From assembly GCA_963705305.1 (NCBI GenBank), contig OY970067.1, positions 3,136,001 to 3,200,000 of the forward strand: 64,000 nucleotides of DNA, given 5' to 3'. The notes under the pieces were generated by a model. The model made no database searches and was not told the DNA's origin. It saw nothing but the letters and a program-made list of their open reading frames with translations. This DNA is from an uncultured Methylomirabilota bacterium. Lineage in GTDB: Bacteria; Methylomirabilota; Methylomirabilia; Methylomirabilales; 2-02-FULL-66-22. A program made the position numbers and the translations under genes. Positions 9,460 through 20,002 of the stretch are shown one piece after another; position 1 is the stretch's first letter, and every line of letters starts with the position of its first letter.

Positions 9460-9829
9460 ATACCCTCCTTCTGTTTGGATCGGCCGCGATTTGTTGCCTC
9501 CTCTGTTCAGCGAGTAATGGAGCGTTGGACGGGACCAGTTTCCAATTTTCTTCTCTGGCTCGGCACAACACCGTAATCCCGTCAGGCGGGTCAACAGATA
9601 CCATCGGACGAAGACGTATTATTTCTCCAATTTGCAGTTTGAAAATATGCGGCGTTTTATACTTTTTCCCTGCTCCCACGATGATTCCGGGGAGATCGTT
9701 CACATCATCGACCTGGAGTAGCATCCTGGTTTTTGTATCGAGCTGAGCTCGCTGTTTCTTCTGGAGATGGTCCCTCCAATCGGTTAGCTCCCATGTCCCA
9801 TTATCGTGTACGAATTCGAAAATTATCAC
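9443..9829 (-). CDS. RelE/HigB (phage gp49-like) toxin; start approximate
   Basis: IFEF..NG...DW..LQKKQRAQLD...IFKLQI...RLRP pattern; lies directly upstream of the HTH gene (toxin-first order). Confidence 0.65.
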   Translation of the reverse strand: MIIFEFVHDNGTWELTDWRDHLQKKQRAQLDTKTRMLLQVDDVNDLPGIIVGAGKKYKTPHIFKLQIGEIIRLRPMVSVDPPDGITVLCRAREENWKLVPSNAPLLAEQRRQQIAADPNRRRVYARPA

Positions 9830-9975
9830 TTTTTTTCTATACTGGCTACATAATTTTTTTGTTATAATCGTTGTTCGGACATAACCATTGAGTATTGAAG
9901 GGGATTTTGTTATCGACCGTGACAATATCACCAAACGTAGAGCAGACGCGAAAAAATCTTGTTTAAATGAAATTA

Positions 9976-10008
9976 ATGCTTGATACTCAAGCATAATGTT
10001 CATATACT
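9976..10008 (+). promoter_or_regulatory. Transposase promoter with palindromic operator
   Basis: TTGATA (9980-9985)-17 bp-TATACT (10003-10008); palindrome ATGCTTGA-tac-TCAAGCAT (9976-9994) covers the -35. Confidence 0.65.
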
Positions 10009-10014
10009 ATGATC

Positions 10015-10866
10015 ATGAACAAGCTGCCGACAGAGAAGCGAATACAGATCCTCCAGATGCTCTGCGAAGGGTCTTCAATGCGCAGCATCGCCCGAATTGT
10101 CGGGGTGTCGATCAACACCGTAACCAAGCTCTTGGAGGATGCGGGGGCCGCGTGCGCGGCTTATCATGACAAGGCCGTGCGGAACCTTAAGACCGCTCGC
10201 GTTCAGTGCGATGAGATTTGGTCATTCTGCTACGCCAAGGAAAAGAACGTTCCCCAGGAGAAGCGCGGCCAGGTGGGATATGGGGACGTGTGGACCTGGA
10301 CGGCCATTGACGCGGATAACAAGCTGATGATGTCCTGGCTGGTCGGGGATCGGGACGCGGGCACGGCGACAGATTTTATCGCCGATGTGAAGGACCGCCT
10401 TGCTAGCCGCGTTCAACTCACGACGGACGGACTCAAGGCGTATTTGACCGCTGTCGAGGATGCGTTCGGAGCAGACATCGATTACGCCCAACTCGTGAAG
10501 CTCTACGGCGAAGCGCCAGAAGCGGAGAAGCGGTACAGCCCGCCCGTTTGCACGGGCACACACAAGACCCGCGTTGAGGGTCATCCCGATCCGCGCCATG
10601 TCTCTACGTCCTACGTGGAGCGCCAAAACCTAAATATGCGGATGGGGATGCGCCGATTTACTCGCCTGACCAATGCGTTTTCAAAGAAGATCGAAAACCA
10701 CTGCCACGCCCTGGCGCTGTACTTCACGTTCTACAATTTCGTGCGGATTCACAAGACGCTGAGAGTCAGCCCGGCGATGGCGGCCGGAATCGAAACCCGG
10801 CTGTGGGAGATGGCGGATATCGTGCGGCTGATCGATGAGCACGAAGCGGAAAGAAAATCAAACTGA
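10015..10866 (+). CDS. IS1-family DDE transposase (single ORF with N-terminal HTH)
   Basis: [31 protein letters not shown] and [11 protein letters not shown] motifs; alternative start 10009. Confidence 0.93.
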   Translation: MNKLPTEKRIQILQMLCEGSSMRSIARIVGVSINTVTKLLEDAGAACAAYHDKAVRNLKTARVQCDEIWSFCYAKEKNVPQEKRGQVGYGDVWTWTAIDADNKLMMSWLVGDRDAGTATDFIADVKDRLASRVQLTTDGLKAYLTAVEDAFGADIDYAQLVKLYGEAPEAEKRYSPPVCTGTHKTRVEGHPDPRHVSTSYVERQNLNMRMGMRRFTRLTNAFSKKIENHCHALALYFTFYNFVRIHKTLRVSPAMAAGIETRLWEMADIVRLIDEHEAERKSN

Positions 10867-10953
10867 GACACTACCGATTTTCCGATTGACAGGAGCGTTT
10901 TACAGGAAGTACGTTAACATCGCCTAAAAGAGAGCAAGAAGGGGTCCCAGAGC

Positions 10954-11517
10954 GTGCCCGACGAGAAGCCGCTCAGCACCGGCGAGATCGCCCGGCTTCT
11001 GCACGTCACCCGGGTCGCGGTCTTCGGTTGGATTCGCGCGGGGAAGCTCCAGGCCTACCGAATCCCAGGGGGGCATTACCGGGTTACCCGGGCGGAGTTC
11101 CGCCGGCTCGTCGCCGAATATCACATCCCCCTGGCGCTCGAACCTCCCGCTCTGCCAAGGCGCATCCTCGTGGTGGATGATGAGGCCGTGGTGCGCGAAG
11201 CGTTCGAAGCGGCCCTCACCGCGCAGGGATACCAGGTGGCTGTAGCGGCCGACGGCCGGCAAGCCCTCCGGGTGCTCCGGCGGGACCACTTCGACCTGAT
11301 CTTCCTCGATATCCTCTTGCCTGGCATCAGCGGCGCCTTCCTCCTCAAGGCTGTGAAGCGACGGGACCCCAACGCGCTCGTCGTCTTGATCACCGGCTTC
11401 CCCGATCACGACAAGACCCTGGCCGCCCTGGACTACGGGCCGGCTATGCTTTTGCGGAAGCCGATCAAGCTCGCGGACATCCAGGCAGTTCTGGAGATCG
11501 TGTTCAAGGAGTCCTAG
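10954..11517 (+). CDS. Excisionase-type HTH + receiver domain response regulator
   Basis: LSTGEIARLLHV...YRIPGGHYRV HTH; ILVVDD, FLDILLPG and KP receiver motifs. Confidence 0.88.
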   Translation: MPDEKPLSTGEIARLLHVTRVAVFGWIRAGKLQAYRIPGGHYRVTRAEFRRLVAEYHIPLALEPPALPRRILVVDDEAVVREAFEAALTAQGYQVAVAADGRQALRVLRRDHFDLIFLDILLPGISGAFLLKAVKRRDPNALVVLITGFPDHDKTLAALDYGPAMLLRKPIKLADIQAVLEIVFKES

Positions 11518-11574
11518 CCCGGCCAGGCGTGCGGCGATCCCCATCGTGCCCGGCCGTCAGCGAGAAGGAGGTGG

Positions 11575-14500
11575 GTGAGGACGGAAGAAACCAGGGTCTC
11601 TCCTGCGCCTGCCGCCGAGCCCGCCCGGCCCGATGAGCGCATGGAGAAACGCGTGAGGCGCCACTGGCTCTCGCGGCTGCGCATCCGCTTGCTCGTTCTC
11701 GTCCTCCTCGCCGTGGTGCCGGCCGCGGGCGTGATCCTCTACGCGGGGTGGGAGGGGCGCGACCAGGCCACCCTCCGGGCCCAGGCGGATCTCCAGCGGC
11801 AGGCGCGCCTGGCGGCCAGCCAGGGCGGGCCCCTGCTCGAGGGGGCCCGGGAGCTGCTCCACGCCCTCGTCGTGCTCCCCCCGGTGCAGCAGGGGGACGC
11901 CCAGGCCTGCAGCGCCCTGTTCAACACCCTCCTCGCGCAGTACCCCCAGTACGCCAATCTCGGCGTGAGCCGGGCCAACGGCAACGTCTTCTGCAGCGCC
12001 CTCGCACTGCCGGGCCCGGTGAGCCTCGCCGATCGCGGCTACTTCCGCCGGGCCCGGGCCGACCGCACCTTCGCCGTGGGCAGGTACCAAGTGGGCCGCA
12101 TCACCGGCCGGCCCGGCCTCAACTTCGGCCTCCCCGTGGTCGCGCCGGCCGGGACGGTCGCGGGGGTGGCCTTCGCGGCCCTGGACCTCGCGTGGCTCAA
12201 CGCGCTCGTGGCGCGACTGGAGCTGCCGCCGGGGACCACCCTCACCATCCTGGACCGGCAGGGAGTGCTCCTGGCCCGCGGCGAGGGGGCCGGCGCCGCC
12301 ACCGACCTGGACGGCACGCCGAGCCTCGTGGCCTTCGCGCCCCTGGGCGCGCCGGCCGCGCCCAGGGGGGTCTTCGTGAGTATCGGCGTCCCCCAGGCGC
12401 TGGTGGTGGCGGCGGCCAACCGGCTCCTCCGCCGCAGCCTCATCTGGCTGGGGGTCGTCGCCGTCCTGGCGCTCGCCGTGGCCTGGACGGGGGGCGACCT
12501 CTTCCTCCTGCGCCAGATCCAGGCGCTCCTCGCCGCCGCCCGGCGCCTGGCCGCGGGGGACCTCCGCGCCCGGAGCGGGCTGCCGGCGGGGCCGGGGGAG
12601 CTGTACCAGTTGGCCCGCGCCTTTGACGAGATGGCCGCGGCCCTGGAGGACCGGATCACCGCGCACGAACGGGCCCTGGCCGACATCGAGAGCCTGGCGC
12701 GGTTCCCCGGCGAGGACCCCAATCCCGTCCTGCGGATCCGGGAAGACGGGGCCCTGCTGTACGCCAACGAGCCCAGCGGCCCGCTCCTCCGGCTGTGGGG
12801 GATCGCCCCCGGCGGGCCGGTCCCGGCGGAGTGGGGGGTGAAAGTCCGGCAGGCCCTGGAGACAGGCGGCCAAGAGACCATAGAGCTCCTCTGCGGCGAT
12901 CGGATCTATTCGATCGACCTAACGCCCGTCTCGGCGACCCGGTACGTGAACCTCTACGGCCGGGACGTCACCGATCGCAGGCTGGCGGAGGAGACGCTGC
13001 AGCTGCGGACCCGGCAGCTCGAGACGGTCCGGGCGGTGACTGCGGAGATCACCCGCGAGCTGGACCTGACGGCGGTGCTCCTGCTCATCAGCCAACGGGC
13101 CGCGGAGCTGGCGGGGGTGGGCTTGACCACCGTCTGGTTGTGGGACGAGGCCAGCCAGACCCTGGCCCCGGGGGCGTCGTACGGCATGGGGGACTGGATG
13201 GGGAACCGGCGCCTCCGGCTAGGAGAGGGGGTCTCGGGTATCGCCGCCCAGCGGCGCGAGGGGCTCATCGTCAACGACTACCGGACTTGGCCGGCCCGCG
13301 ACCCACGGGTGATCGACCACAGCGGGGTCACCGCCATGCTCGCCGAGCCCCTGCTCTACCGGGACCAGCTCTTGGGCGTCATCCGCCTCGCCGACCAGGG
13401 GACCGGGCGGCAGTTCACAGCCGAGGACCAGGCGATGCTCCGGCTCTTCGCCGCCCAGGCCGCCATTGCCATCGAGAACGCCCGGCTGTTCCAGGGAGAG
13501 CTGAGGCGGTGGAGCCAGCTCGAGGCCATGCGCGCGGCGGGGCTGGAACTCATCCGGGAATTAGATCTTTCCGTTCTCCTCGACCTGATCCTGCACCGCG
13601 CCATGGAGCCATTGGGAAGCCAGAGCGGAACAGTATTCTTGTGGGATGAGGAGGCCCAGGTCCTTGTGCCGGCGACCTGGGTGGGGTTTGATGAGCGGCG
13701 GCACGCAGATCGCCTCCGCCTCGGCGAGGGGGTGGCCGGGACGGTGGCGCAGCGGCGGGCAGGGATGATCGTCAACGACTTCCGCACCTCTCCCTACGCG
13801 CGCTCGACCATCTTGGCGCGGACCCAGATCGCCTCCGTTCTCGCTGAGCCGCTCCTGTACCGAGAGCGGCTGGTGGGTGTGATCATCGTCAACCGTGAGA
13901 CGGGCCAGCCAGCCTTTGTGGAAGAGGAGCTGAAACTGCTCACCCTCTTTGCCCCGCTTGCCGCCACGGCCATTGAGAACGCACAGCTGTACGAGGACAC
14001 CCGTCGTCACGCCGCTGACCTCGAGGAGCGGGTGGCTGCCCGCACGGCGGAGCTCGCGGCGGCCAACGAGGAGCTCGCCGCCGCCTCCCGGCACAAGTCC
14101 GAGTTCCTCGCGAACATGTCCCACGAGCTCCGGACCCCCCTGAACGGGATCCTCGGCTTCGCCCAGATCCTCCAGGAGCAGGCGGGGCCCGCCCTGTCGG
14201 AGAAGCAGCGCCGCTACCTGGGCCACATCTACGGGAGCGGCCAGCACCTCCTCACCCTCATCAACGACATCCTCGACCTCGCGAAGGTGGAGGCGGGGAA
14301 GATCGCCCTCCAGCCCGAGCCCCTCCCGGTGGCCCAGACTCTGGAGGACCTCCTCGTCATCGCCCGGGGCCTGGCCAGCGAGAAGGGGCAGGTCCTCACG
14401 GCCGCCATTGCCCCCGACCTCCCCCCCCTCACGGCCGACCCCGTCCGGGTCAAGCAGATCCTGTTCAACCTCCTCTCGAACGCCGTGAAGTTCACCCCCG

Positions 14501-14871
14501 AGCAGGGCACCATCACCCTCACCGCCCGCGCGCTCGCAGAGGCGCCAGGGCGCGGAGACGCCGAGACAGCGGGTGATACGCGAGACACCTCACCCCAGCT
14601 CCCCGGCACCCCAGCTCCCCGGCAGTTCCTCGAACTCGCCGTGACCGACACCGGGGTCGGCATCAAGGCGGGGGACCTCCCCAAGCTCTTCCACGAGTTC
14701 ACCCAGCTCGAGACCACCCGTACGCAGGCGCACGAGGGCACCGGCCTTGGCCTCGCCCTCACCAAGCGCCTGGTCGAGCTCCACGGCGGCCGGATCTGGG
14801 CCGCCTCCCCGGGCGAGGGCCAGGGGAGCACCTTCACGGTGGTCCTGCCCCTGGGAGGGTTTCCCGCATGA
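11575..14871 (+). CDS. Membrane sensor histidine kinase (Cache-HAMP-PAS-2xGAF-HisKA-HATPase)
   Basis: Two TM segments, HAMP, FPGEDPNP PAS-like region, GAFs, FLANMSHELRTPL H-box, NLLSNAVKFT, DTGVG and GTGLGL boxes; start uncertain (alternative ATG 11641). Confidence 0.92.
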   Translation: MRTEETRVSPAPAAEPARPDERMEKRVRRHWLSRLRIRLLVLVLLAVVPAAGVILYAGWEGRDQATLRAQADLQRQARLAASQGGPLLEGARELLHALVVLPPVQQGDAQACSALFNTLLAQYPQYANLGVSRANGNVFCSALALPGPVSLADRGYFRRARADRTFAVGRYQVGRITGRPGLNFGLPVVAPAGTVAGVAFAALDLAWLNALVARLELPPGTTLTILDRQGVLLARGEGAGAATDLDGTPSLVAFAPLGAPAAPRGVFVSIGVPQALVVAAANRLLRRSLIWLGVVAVLALAVAWTGGDLFLLRQIQALLAAARRLAAGDLRARSGLPAGPGELYQLARAFDEMAAALEDRITAHERALADIESLARFPGEDPNPVLRIREDGALLYANEPSGPLLRLWGIAPGGPVPAEWGVKVRQALETGGQETIELLCGDRIYSIDLTPVSATRYVNLYGRDVTDRRLAEETLQLRTRQLETVRAVTAEITRELDLTAVLLLISQRAAELAGVGLTTVWLWDEASQTLAPGASYGMGDWMGNRRLRLGEGVSGIAAQRREGLIVNDYRTWPARDPRVIDHSGVTAMLAEPLLYRDQLLGVIRLADQGTGRQFTAEDQAMLRLFAAQAAIAIENARLFQGELRRWSQLEAMRAAGLELIRELDLSVLLDLILHRAMEPLGSQSGTVFLWDEEAQVLVPATWVGFDERRHADRLRLGEGVAGTVAQRRAGMIVNDFRTSPYARSTILARTQIASVLAEPLLYRERLVGVIIVNRETGQPAFVEEELKLLTLFAPLAATAIENAQLYEDTRRHAADLEERVAARTAELAAANEELAAASRHKSEFLANMSHELRTPLNGILGFAQILQEQAGPALSEKQRRYLGHIYGSGQHLLTLINDILDLAKVEAGKIALQPEPLPVAQTLEDLLVIARGLASEKGQVLTAAIAPDLPPLTADPVRVKQILFNLLSNAVKFTPEQGTITLTARALAEAPGRGDAETAGDTRDTSPQLPGTPAPRQFLELAVTDTGVGIKAGDLPKLFHEFTQLETTRTQAHEGTGLGLALTKRLVELHGGRIWAASPGEGQGSTFTVVLPLGGFPA
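14591..14624 (+). repeat. Octamer repeat (CACCCCAG/CTCCCCGG) inside a HATPase loop
   Basis: CACCCCAGCTCCCCGG twice; near-identical copy at 17591-17622. Confidence 0.7.
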
Positions 14872-17800
14872 GCCGCCAGCGCAACCGGGACGACCGCCTT
14901 GCTGCCTTCTTGCAGGCCAGCCAGGCCATGGCGTCGTCTCTGGACCTGGATCAAGTCCTGCGGACGGTCGTCGAGGCCGCCGCCGCCATTTCGGGTGCCC
15001 CCTTCGTCCGTCTATTTCTCCTGGAGGGCGCCCCCCCGATGCTGCACTGGCGGGTGGGAGTGGGCCTCTCTCCGGAGGGGGAGCCCAACCGCCCGATCCG
15101 GATCGGCGAGAGCTTCTCGGGGCAGGTGGCGGTCACCGGGCAGCCCCTGGCCGTGGCCGATTGCCGGGAGGACCCCCGCCTCCGGTTCCCCGAGCACATC
15201 CAGCGATACAGCCTCATCTCGTACCTGGGCCTGCCGGTGAAGACGGGCGACCGCCTTCTGGGTGTCCTCTGCTTCAATACGAATGCTCCCCATGTATACA
15301 CGGAGGAGGAGATCTCCTTCCTAAACGCCTTCGCGCAGCAGGCGGCCGTGGCCATCCAGAACGCCCAGCTTCACCGGGAAGAGCAGCGTCGCCGGCAGCA
15401 GCTCGAGGCCGTACGGGCGGTGGCCGCCGAGATTACGCGGGAGCTGGATCTCACCCTGCTCCTCCAGCTCATCATCCGCCGGGCGGTGGACCTGACGGGG
15501 GCCCAGGCGGGGTCGCTCTCCCTCTGGGACGAGGGGGCGCAGATCCTCCGGCACCGGGCGTGGGTCGGATACGACGACTGGCTGGCGAACGTCACACTCC
15601 GCCCTGGCGAGGGCGTGAAGGGGGCGGTGGCGCAGCGCCGCGCCGGAATGATCGTCAACGACTACCCCGCCTCGCCCGTCGCCTACCCCCCCTTCGTGGA
15701 GCGCCTGGGCACCACGGCGGTCCTGGCGGAGCCGCTGCTCTACCAAAATCGCCTCCTGGGGGTGGTCTCGGTGGACATGCGAGAGCCGGGGCGCAGGTTC
15801 AGCGGGGAAGACCGGAAAGTCCTGGCCCTCTTCGCCGACCAAGCGGCCGTCGCGATCGAGAACGCCCGATTGCACGAGGCGACCCAACAGGAGTTGGCCG
15901 ATCGGATCCGGGCCGAGGAGGGTCTCCGGCACAGCGAGGAGCAGGCGAGACGCCTGGCCCAGGAAAACGCGACCATGGCGGAGCTGGGCCGCCTCATCAG
16001 CTCGACGCCGAATATCGAAGACGTCTACGAGAACTTTGCCGCGGAAGTCCGGAAGATCCTGCCCTTTGACCGCATTGTCATCAACCACATCGATGCGGAA
16101 AAGAATATCGTCCGGAATCTGTTCATCGCGGGTGAAGCGCTTCCAGGTCGAACCACCTCCGACCCCTACCCCCTGGAGGGATCCAGCAACGTCGAGATGA
16201 TCCGCACCCGGGCCAGTCTCCTCATTCAGACGGACGACTTCGGCCCATATACAGCGCGGTTCCCGGGCCTCGTCTCGACGTTTAAAGCGGGCTTCCGGTC
16301 GATCCTGAATGTGCCCCTGTTCGCCAAGGGGCAGGTCATCGGGGGGCTGCTCTTGCGGTCGCGGCAGCCCAATGCCTATACCGATGGGGACGTGCGCTTG
16401 GCCGAGCGCATTGCCTCGCAGATCGCCGGAGCCGTGACCAACGCCCAGCTCTACCTGGAGAATGTCCATCTTTACGAGGCCGCCCAGCGGGAGATCGCAG
16501 AGCGCCGGCAGGCCGAGGAGATCCTAGCGGTCCGCACCCGGCACCTGGAAGCCATCCGGAGCATCAGCGAGGAGATTACCCGCGAGTTGGACCTCGCTGT
16601 AGTGCTCGACCTCATTGTTCAGCGGGCCGTGGTCCTCGTGGGTGCGACGTTCCGGCAGTATCCGGCTCTGGGACGAAGGGCAGCAACTGCTCACTCCAGT
16701 GGCGTGGACGGGGAGCGACAGGCACGCGCCTACGGTTCCCCTGCGGCTCGGCGAAGGGGTGGCGGGGGCCGCCGCCCAGCAGCGCCGAGGGCTCATCGTC
16801 AATGACTTCCGCACCTCGGTGTATGCGATTCCCAAACTTCTCCAGGGCACCACGCATACCGCTGTGATGGCCACGCCGCTGCTGTATGGCGAGCACCTCG
16901 TGGGGGTGCTGGTGATCAGCAGGGAGGAAACTGGGCCGCCCTTCGCGGAGGCAGATCTCGAAGCCCTCAACCTCTTCACCGCCCACGCCGCCATCGCCAT
17001 CGAGAACGCCCGGCTGTACGAGCAGATTCAACAGCACGCCAGCGACCTCGAAACTCGAGTGAAAGAGCGAACCGTCAAGCTGGAGCACGCCCTGCGCGTG
17101 AAGGCGGAGTTCCTGGACCGGATGTCCCACGAACTACGCACCCCGCTGAATTTTGTCCTCGGCTTCTCCGAACTGCTGAAAGAGCAGCTTGCCGGACCTC
17201 TCACTGCCAAGCAGGAGCGGTTCGTGGATCGGATCCAGCTCGGCGGGCGCCACCTGCTGGCTCTTGTGAGCGACCTCCTGGAATTGTCCCAGGCCGAAAC
17301 CGGCCAGGACGAATTACGCCTGGAGCGCGTCCTGCTGACCCCTCTCATCCGGGAGATCGTGGATGTCTATGCGGCGCAGGCGGTCCAGAAACGGCTGCAG
17401 ATCGAGACGGAGTGTCCCCCGGCCCTCAGTGTCGTGGCCGACCGTCGGCGGCTCAGCCAGATCCTCGGCAACCTCGTGAGCAACGCCGTGAGGTTCACCC
17501 GGGAGGGCGCCGCAATCAGAGTTACCGCCAAACAAGCTGAATATCTCCGGAGCGAGGATGGAGATGAGCGGGGGGGCGCGGGAGATCACTCACCCCAGCT
17601 CCCCGGCACCCCTGCCCCCCAGCAGAGCGTTGAGATTGCCATCGAGGACACAGGCATTGGGCTGGCGCCGGGGGATGTGGAGCGGATCTTCCTGGGCTTT
17701 GAGCAGGTGGATGGATCCTCGACGCGACGGCATGAGGGTGCGGGAATCGGCTTGGCGCTCGTTCGGACCCTGGTCGCTCTCCACGGCGGGCGAGTGTGGG

Positions 17801-18315
17801 CCGAGAGCCCCGGCCTGGGACGAGGGTCCCGCTTCGTCGTCCGGCTCCCGGTGCTGACGATCCCCCCTGCGCAGCGCGTCCTGGTGGTGGAGGACGAGCT
17901 GGCGGTGGCGCGGCCGGTCGCGATCCTCCTCCGTGACGCCGGCTTTGCCGTCGAGGTGGCGGCGACGGGGGCCGAGGCCCTCGCGAGTCTGGCCGCCCAG
18001 CGCCCGGACCTCCTGGTCCTGGACCTCGGCCTTCCGGATGTGGACGGCTGGGAGGTCCTGAAAACCGTGCGGGCGGGCGCGCAGACCCGCACTCTCCCGG
18101 TGGTGGTCCTCACCGGGCTCGGCGCGGAGCAGGTCGACCAAGCCGCCGCCCGGGGTGCCGATGAGTTCCTGACGAAGCCGATCTCGCCGAGCGTCCTGGC
18201 CGGGGTGGTGAAATCGCTCCTGACCCGGCCTAGACAGGCCGCCCTCTCGCCTGAGCGCGCAGAGGTGGATGGCGGGCAGGAGGAGATGGGAGAGACGGGA
18301 AGAGCCGAGGGATGA
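14868..18315 (+). CDS. Multi-GAF hybrid histidine kinase with receiver; frameshift near 16650
   Basis: ORFs 14868-16805 and 16615-18315 join inside a GAF (VGAT/SGSIRLWD) if one T is removed at 16650-16651; SHELRTPL, HATPase and C-terminal receiver. Confidence 0.85.
17591..17622 (+). repeat. Second copy of the octamer repeat in a HATPase loop
   Basis: CACCCCAGCTCCCCGGCACCCCTGCCCCCCAG; both copies encode SPQLPGTPAP. Confidence 0.7.
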
Positions 18316-18589
18316 GAACGTGATGCCGCCGTATGGGAGTCCACCATCCCTCGAACGTCCGGCTCAGCCGGATCCTCACCGCGGAGGACGATCCGACGAG
18401 GCGGGAGCTGCAGGCCGCGATGGTGGGAGGCCTGGGGTACACCGTGATCGCGGTGGAGGATGGGTAAACCGCGCTGGAGGCGGGCCCTGCTTCCGATCGA
18501 CGCATTCGAGATCCCGGCAAGCGAGGGGCGGAAGAAGTGGCGCGACCCGGGAATCCTCCGAGCGGCCCATGCAGCCCTGAAAGATTCCG

Positions 18590-19003
18590 GTGACTGAAAG
18601 AGAGTCGAGGACCGCAGTAAGACCGCGCATTCTGGTCGTCGAGGACAATCCGGTGAACCGAGAGTTCATGCTGGCCTTGCTCGAGGGGGAGGGGTACGAG
18701 GTCCTCACGGCGGAGACGGCGGAAGCCGCCATCACCCTGGCCCGGCAGGAGCGGCCCGCCCTCATCCTGATGGACATCCAGCTCCCGGGCAAGACCGGGT
18801 ACGAGGCGACCCGACAGCTCAAGGCGGACGCGGCCACGGCCGCGATCTCGATCGTGGCGGTGACCGCTCAGGCCATGCGGGGCGAAGAGGCCAAGGCCCG
18901 GGCGGCCGGCTGCGACGCCTTCGTGGCTAAACCCGTGAACACCCAGACGCTTCGCGCCACGCTGCGGCGGCTCCTGGCACATCCGGGCGGCGGCCACGAA
19001 TGA
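18590..19003 (+). CDS. Single-domain response regulator (DivK/CheY-like)
   Basis: ILVVEDN, LMDIQLPG, AVTAQAM and KP motifs. Confidence 0.9.
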   Translation: MTERESRTAVRPRILVVEDNPVNREFMLALLEGEGYEVLTAETAEAAITLARQERPALILMDIQLPGKTGYEATRQLKADAATAAISIVAVTAQAMRGEEAKARAAGCDAFVAKPVNTQTLRATLRRLLAHPGGGHE

Positions 19004-19066
19004 GACAGGTGGCGCACTGCCTGCGATGGCCGGCAGGCCGGTCCCACACCACAGAGGAGGCTCCTG

Positions 19067-20002
19067 ATGGCGCACCGCATTCTGGTCGTGGATGACGAGA
19101 TCGTAGTCCGGGAGCTGGTGGAGGCCCTCCTCACGTCGGCGGGCTACGAGGTCAGGCTCGCCCCGGATGGCCCGGCTGCCCTGGCGCTGGCACAGGCGGA
19201 TTCGCCGGACCTCGTCCTGCTCGACCTCCTCATGCCCGGGATGCACGGCCAGGAGGTCTGCGAAATGCTGAAGGCCGAGCCGCGAACCGCCGACCTTCCG
19301 GTGATTGTCGTCACGGCCGCCGGCCAGGTCGCGACCAAGGAGGCCCTGCTGACGAGCGGGGCCGACGACTTCGTCACCAAGCCGTTTCAGCCCGGCGATC
19401 TCCTGGCCCGGGTCGAGGCCCTGCTGAAGGTCCGCAGCATCCGCCGGGAGCTCGACCGCACCCTGGCCTACCTGCACGAGCTCGAGGCGGTTCGCCATAC
19501 CCATCGGCGGGCGGTCCTGAGCGAGGCCGGGGGTGCCCAGACCCTGACGGCTCCGGCGGCCATTCCCGTGCTCCTCGTGGACGATGAAGCTCTCACCCGG
19601 GACTTCTACGGGGACCTCCTGACCTCCCACGGTTTCCAGGTCTTCCTCGCCGCATCCGGCCAGGAAGGCCTGGCCCTGGCCCACCAGCACCGGGTCGAAG
19701 CGGTGATCCTGGACATCATGATGCCCGAGATGTCCGGCCTCGAGGTCCTGGAGCGGCTCCGCACCGCCCAGCCCGATCTCCCCGTCATCATGCTGACCGC
19801 CGTCCCCACCTCCCAGAATGCCATCGCCGCCCTCAAACTGGGGGCCTTCGATTTCATCGTGAAGGGACTGGACCACAGCCTGGTGGTCCTAGCGGTCCAC
19901 CGGGCCGTGCGGCACCGCCGGGAAACGCTCGAGGCCAAGGCAGAGGTTGCGCAGCTCAAGGCCCAAGTCGCTGCATTGATGGAGAGTCAAGCCGGTCGGT
20001 GA
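19067..20002 (+). CDS. Dual receiver-domain response regulator
   Basis: Two receiver domains (ILVVDD..LLDLLMPG..KP; LLVDD..ILDIMMPE); RBS GAGGAGG. Confidence 0.9.
   Translation: MAHRILVVDDEIVVRELVEALLTSAGYEVRLAPDGPAALALAQADSPDLVLLDLLMPGMHGQEVCEMLKAEPRTADLPVIVVTAAGQVATKEALLTSGADDFVTKPFQPGDLLARVEALLKVRSIRRELDRTLAYLHELEAVRHTHRRAVLSEAGGAQTLTAPAAIPVLLVDDEALTRDFYGDLLTSHGFQVFLAASGQEGLALAHQHRVEAVILDIMMPEMSGLEVLERLRTAQPDLPVIMLTAVPTSQNAIAALKLGAFDFIVKGLDHSLVVLAVHRAVRHRRETLEAKAEVAQLKAQVAALMESQAGR

Larger units (their letters stand above)
8295..10875 (+). mobile_element. IS1-family element carrying passenger genes (transporter IS)
   Basis: Perfect 18-bp terminal inverted repeats GGTAGTGTCTCAGTTTGA (8295-8312 and 10858-10875); IS1 transposase abuts the right end; no perfect target duplication. 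Confidence 0.9.

Noticed and set aside
8287..10883. Target-site duplication for the IS1 element
   Set aside because: Flanks CGATCTCC and GATTTTCC are similar but not identical
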